From Basidioascus undulatus (taxonomy: Eukaryota): 35,945 nucleotides of DNA. The DNA is taken from positions 1-35,945 of the forward strand of contig JTLS01000061.1 of assembly GCA_000826855.1 (NCBI GenBank). The letters run 5' to 3'. Made by a program: the position numbers and the translations under genes. Under the pieces are notes generated by a model. It searched no databases. It saw only the letters and a program-made list of their open reading frames with translations, and was not told where the DNA came from. Positions 31,395 to 35,945 of the stretch are shown here, piece by piece. Positions within the stretch are counted from its first letter, which is position 1. Each line of letters begins with the position of its first letter.

Positions 31395-34300
31395 CTAGCT
31401 GACGACAAGCTCGACCGCGCCGCCGCCCTCCTTGCGTGCCCAGTCCATTGCCATGCCGACGTCCTCGTCGCCGCTGACGAGAATCTGGTCGCCCTCCTCG
31501 TCGACCCACTTGATCTTGAGCAGGCGCCCGCCGTTGGCGTCGTACCCGCCGCAGAGACGGACCTTGCGCGTGATCTTCTCGAGCAGGCTGCTGTGGTCGA
31601 TCGAGGGCGGGAGGCTGAGGACGAAGAGGTCTTCGTTGAAGCGGACCTTGACGCGCATGTTCGTGCCGAAAACGACCGCGTGCGGGTCCTGCGACGACGT
31701 GGACGACGCTGAGTGCGGTAGGGGCGGCATCGGACCGTTAGGCGTGACCGGCGAAGATGCCGCCGTGTCGTGCGCGGCGGCGGGGGAAGACGCGTCCGAG
31801 CTGATGTCCGTCGAGCTGGACGTCTCGGAAAAGCGCTTGTTCGTCCACCCGCCCGGGTTCGCGTCCGAGCCAGCCAGGCTCGACTTTGACCCGTTCGCGT
31901 TGGCCGAGGACGCGGAGCCCTCGGAGCCCTCCTTGCCGGCGGGGTACGTCGAGTTCCAGCTCTGGCTGCTCGACGATTGCTGCATCGGCGAGCTGCCCGG
32001 CGGGGTCGGCAATGGAGGGTGGGTGTCAGTGCGACGCGGGCCCTGCGGCCGGTAGACGTTCGGGCTGCTGAGCGACCGATTGCGCAGCATGGGCGCAGCG
32101 GCGCCGGGGGGCAGGCCGACGGGAGTAGCGGAGCGAGGGGCAACGGTCGCGGTGCTGGAGGAAGAGGAAGAGGAAGAGGTCGTAGCCTCGGCGGCGGAGG
32201 TAGGGAGGGGCGGGGCGTGGTGGGCTTGGCTGAGTGCGGAGCGGCTGCCCTGATGCCGCAGGCTGCGCTCGGAGCCGGTCGTGCTGGCGTTCGACTGCTG
32301 CGAGAATTGGCGGTCGGGCATGGGCGGTGCGGCCGCAGCCTGGTGGTTCCGCCACTGCTGGATGCTCGCGCCGTTCGAGTCCTCCGTCCGCGCGCGCTGC
32401 TGGCGCGTGACCGGCGGGTCATCGGCCTCGCGCTGCTGCGGCGGCATGGACGGAGCGCGGCGAGCGAATCCGTTCGAGAACGAGGGGGTCGCGCGCCCGC
32501 TCGGATCGTACTCGGACGCGCCGTCGTCGTCGATTGGACCCCAGCCCGGGTGCGCGCCGCCCATCTCGGACATCGGCGTCTGCGGGAACGCGCTCGAGAG
32601 ACCCGGCATCCGCCGACCATGCGTCGCCGAGATCGTGCTGTACCCGCGGATGGAGGACGCGGAGATGGAGCCGTGGGTCGAGTGCGTGCGGTAGCCCGGC
32701 GAGATCTCGCCGCGCGCGATCGCGGCCTCCTGCGCCGCCTTCTGCGCCGCCCGGCCCTCCATCAACTTCTCGATCTGGGAGCGCCACTTCTCCAGCTGCT
32801 CCTCGTGTCGGCACTTGAGCGTGAACGACTCTTGGTCGACGTCGCCGCGCCACCAGACCTCGAGGTTGTGAGGACCTGCCCGGGCGCGCATGGTCAGCGC
32901 CGACGCGGCTGCAAACGGAAAGGGAAAACAAACGTACCGCCCCTGGTCGTGGACTTCACCGCTGTCACGTTGGTGAGGTAAATCCGGCCCTTGAGCTGCA
33001 GCGGCGTGTCACGCGGCTTCGGGCCCGCGGCCGAGTGGCTGAGGCGGTCGTCCTTCTTCTTGAGGATCGAGTTAGACTTGCTCATTTTGCGGTCCTTCAT
33101 CGTGTTCCCGCCCGCGGCGCCGACGGCGTGGAGCTCCTTGCAACAGAGGATGATCTTCTCGAACAGGTAGACGTGGTACTCGCGATCGAGATCGTTCTTG
33201 ATGACGGTGAAGATGTCCTCGAGGACGAGCGCGCCGAACTGGTTGATGTGGTGGCCCTTCCAGTCCTCGACGCGGGCCTCGAGCTCCTTAACGCGCTGGA
33301 TGTTCTCCTGCTTCCGCTGCTTCTCGTTGACCGCGTCCGCGACGCGCTTGATGCTCTCGAGGCCGCGCGCGAGGTCCTCGTACGCCGGACTGTCCGTTTC
33401 CGTCTTCTTGAGCAGCTCCTAAAAACTCAGCCGTACAGCGTCAGTTTCAGGCGCTTTACGACTACCAGCGAAGCGGAGAACGCACGTTGAGCAGGAGCGG
33501 GTACTTGCAGACTCGCTGGATCGGCTTGATGAGCAGCGCCTGCACTTCGTAGTTGGACGCGAGGATGTCGTCAAGTTGCTGCAAGCGCGGCTTGAGCTAG
33601 AAGCCCTAATCCACAGGACGAGTTGGACAAGAAAGACGCACCGAGAGAGTCGCTTGCTCTTGGCAGATGATCTCGTTCGCGACGTTGTAGTTCGCGCAGA
33701 AGAGCTCGTAGCACTCGAAGTCGTTTTCCTGCTCGACAGACGGCGTGAGAAGAGCGCATAATCAAACGGAGGCAGAGATGAAGACGCACCAAGAAGCAGA
33801 AGACCTCGCCCCACTGCGCGAACCCGCCCGCCTGCTCGACCTCGTACGCGCCCTCCAAGCCGATCTGACAGCGGCGCTGAAAGTCGACGAGCGAGTTGAG
33901 GTTGGAGAAAATGAGGTGGATGGTGTCGTGGGAGAGAACGTTGCGCTGCCGAAGAGTTTGAGCGTAACTCTGCGATTTGGCGCCCGCGGAGGACTCGTCA
34001 GTCTCAGAACCGCACCTTGTCCAAGATTCGCAAAAGACGCACCTGTAAGAGCTCGAGGTCCATAATGTACTTCCGCTCCGTCTCGATGAGTTCGCGCACG
34101 ATTCGGCTGCGGTCGGCGTTGCCGCCACCCAGCACGGGCGTGCCCGCGCCATTCAGCGTGGCAATGCTCCCGAAAGGACTGTGCCCTTCTATTGGGCTCG
34201 CGAGACCGTCGACGCCGGGGGACATGAGGGGAGAGGACGATGGATAGGAGTTCGGCGGAGTGGTGAGGGGAAGGGCGGTGGTGAGGGGGGCAGGGGTGTC

Positions 34301-34910
34301 CATGAGGAGGTCGAGCTTCTCGAGGCGGTCGAGCAGGACGGAGACGCAGTGCAGCACCTGTCCGTCCGTCCCGCGTGAGATTGAACTCCAAACCCCTTCA
34401 TCCAGAGCAACGCACCTTGACGAATCCGTTGGTATCGTTCTTGTACAAGTCGGTGACCGTGAACAGGTCGTCCGACGTCCATCCCTCCGCGCCGCCCGAA
34501 TCCGCCTTGAGCTGCTCGCCCAAGCGCTTCACCGCCATTATGAAGCGCGCGACGCCCTTCTTACACTCGCTGGCGTTGTCGGGCGTCGCGTTAGGGCTGA
34601 CCTCGAGAAGGTCACCGCCGAGGGAGTTGTACAGGAAACAGAGGCTGGATCCGAGGCGGAAACACGCCCAGAGCTGGGAGACGGGGTTGGAGGCGAGGCC
34701 GGCGCGGGCGAGGGGGTCGTCGGTGGCGCCCGCGGCGGCTTGGATGAAGGGGACGAAGTCGGGAACGCGGGCGAGGCGGGTGCGCAGGGTGACACACTTT
34801 TGGTAGACGGACGAGGCGGACGTCGCCTGCCGGTTGATGTGCGAACCGGACGCGACGGGGATGTCGATCACGGCATCGGCCGCGCTGACGGACTTCTTGC
34901 GGGAGGCCAT
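31395..34910 (-). CDS. CDC24: Cdc24/Scd1 Rho guanine-nucleotide exchange factor (CH-like, DH, PH, PB1); exons 34910-34416, 34357-34043, 33969-33790, 33728-33642, 33578-33486, 33418-32938, 32875-31395
   Basis: N-terminal VYQKCVTLRTRL...PVSQLWACFRLGSSLCFLYN...LFTVTDLY..DTNGFVKV. DH: RIVRELIETERKYIMDLE...ALLIKPIQRVCKYPLLL. PH: EYHVYLFEKIILCCKE...LQLKGRIY. PB1: VKVRFNEDLF...KIKWVDEEGDQI. All introns GT-AG. Confidence 0.97.
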
Positions 34911-35945
34911 GTCGGGGAGAGATGGGGAGGGGAGGAAGGGGGGAGATGGCGGCGGCAAGGGGGACGACGGGCGAGGCGGAGGTGGTGGTCGTCTGCGCAC
35001 CGAAAACGTCGAAATCCGCTATGCCTCGAGGACGGTAGATGGAGAATCAGACGTCGATGCGTCTGAAGGGGGGGGGAGGGGGACCGAGCAAGATGTTGAG
35101 ATGGCCGAGCGATGGAAGATGGAGCGAGGCTCGCGAGACTGAGCGAGCGTCGGCCGTCGAACGACGGCGGGGAGGTCGGTGGCGGCGGTGAGCGTCGACG
35201 GTGCGGGGTCGTCGACGGCGGGGATGACGCTGTCGTGGTCGTCGAGGACGATGATGGGCGGTCGGAGAGTGTCGCGAGAGAGCGTTTCAGTGGAGGGCAA
35301 AGGCGAGCGTCGCTAGGGGTTGCGCGAGATAGCACTACCTAGTCGCGTGCGGGGGTAGCCAGGGGTTCGAGCGCAGCGGAATCTTGTCACAGGGGGGAAT
35401 GCCGCCTCGATCGATTTGTGAGCAGAGTGTGCGGTGAAAATGCGCGCGCAATGGCAGCGACGGTGCGGTGGGTGTGTCGGCCGGTGACGACGGCGAGCAA
35501 GAGGGCGGTGATGGGGAGAGGCAAGATTCGGGCCAGAAAGGGTTGAGAAAGGGAGAAGAGTCGGGGTGTTGTGCGCGCGCTCTGACAGCTTGACAGCTGC
35601 AATTTCCTGTTTCGCGGAAACCGTTTCAGCGACGTCGATCCCTTTTGTCTTGAAACAACTGCACTGGGAAAGCCAACTAATAATGAAAATGTCGTCATAC
35701 TCAGCAGCCTGTGCAGCCTTGCGTGCATTAGTGAAAATATTCATTGTGGGCAGACTCAGCTCCCGAGCTCCTCATCGTTGGGAAGGACCTCGAAAACGTA
35801 GCGAGGCAAGGCAAATACAACATCCGGGGGCGTTGGGAGACGGACCGCGTGCTGCGCGCCCCCGAGCTTATGGCCGCGCACCCCAAACCCACCCCCCATT
35901 CTCCTCGTCGTTTCTGGCCCAAGTGGAAGGGAGAAGAGATCGGAA

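Noticed and set aside
31160..35066. Long antisense or alternate-frame ORFs over CDC24 (e.g. 31160..32620, 31977..32981, 34260..35066)
   Set aside because: Shadow ORFs expected from high GC3 codon bias; Arg/Ala/Gly/Pro-rich with no domain signal.

Overview
Eukaryotic, intron-rich, GC-rich fungal DNA. Short introns with GTGCGT/GTCCGT/GTGCGC donors and CTGAC-type branch points suggest a basidiomycete, probably Pucciniomycotina/Microbotryomycetes-like (inference). I could splice several conserved genes by hand: pyridoxamine-5'-phosphate oxidase (PDX3, +), a macro-domain ADP-ribose hydrolase (-), NTF2 (-, 9 exons, ATG split by an intron), a conserved hypothetical gene that runs in frame into a 5'-truncated CorA/Alr1-type Mg2+ transporter (+), a Gly-rich probably GPI-anchored surface protein (+) and the CDC24/Scd1 Rho-GEF (-). 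The lower-GC stretches between them hold decayed host genes rather than recognisable transposons. These are a group of F-box-like genes (one intact, three to four broken), a sugar-porter MFS pseudogene, a cyanamide-hydratase-like HD pseudogene and a small secreted Cys-rich protein knocked out by a 19-bp tandem duplication. I found no rRNA, tRNA, CRISPR or TE-coding sequence that I could support, and no clearly new multi-gene system. The most unusual local signals are the in-frame hypothetical/CorA junction, the F-box turnover cluster, the two stop-free 63-nt PDX3 introns and the duplication-inactivated secreted protein.
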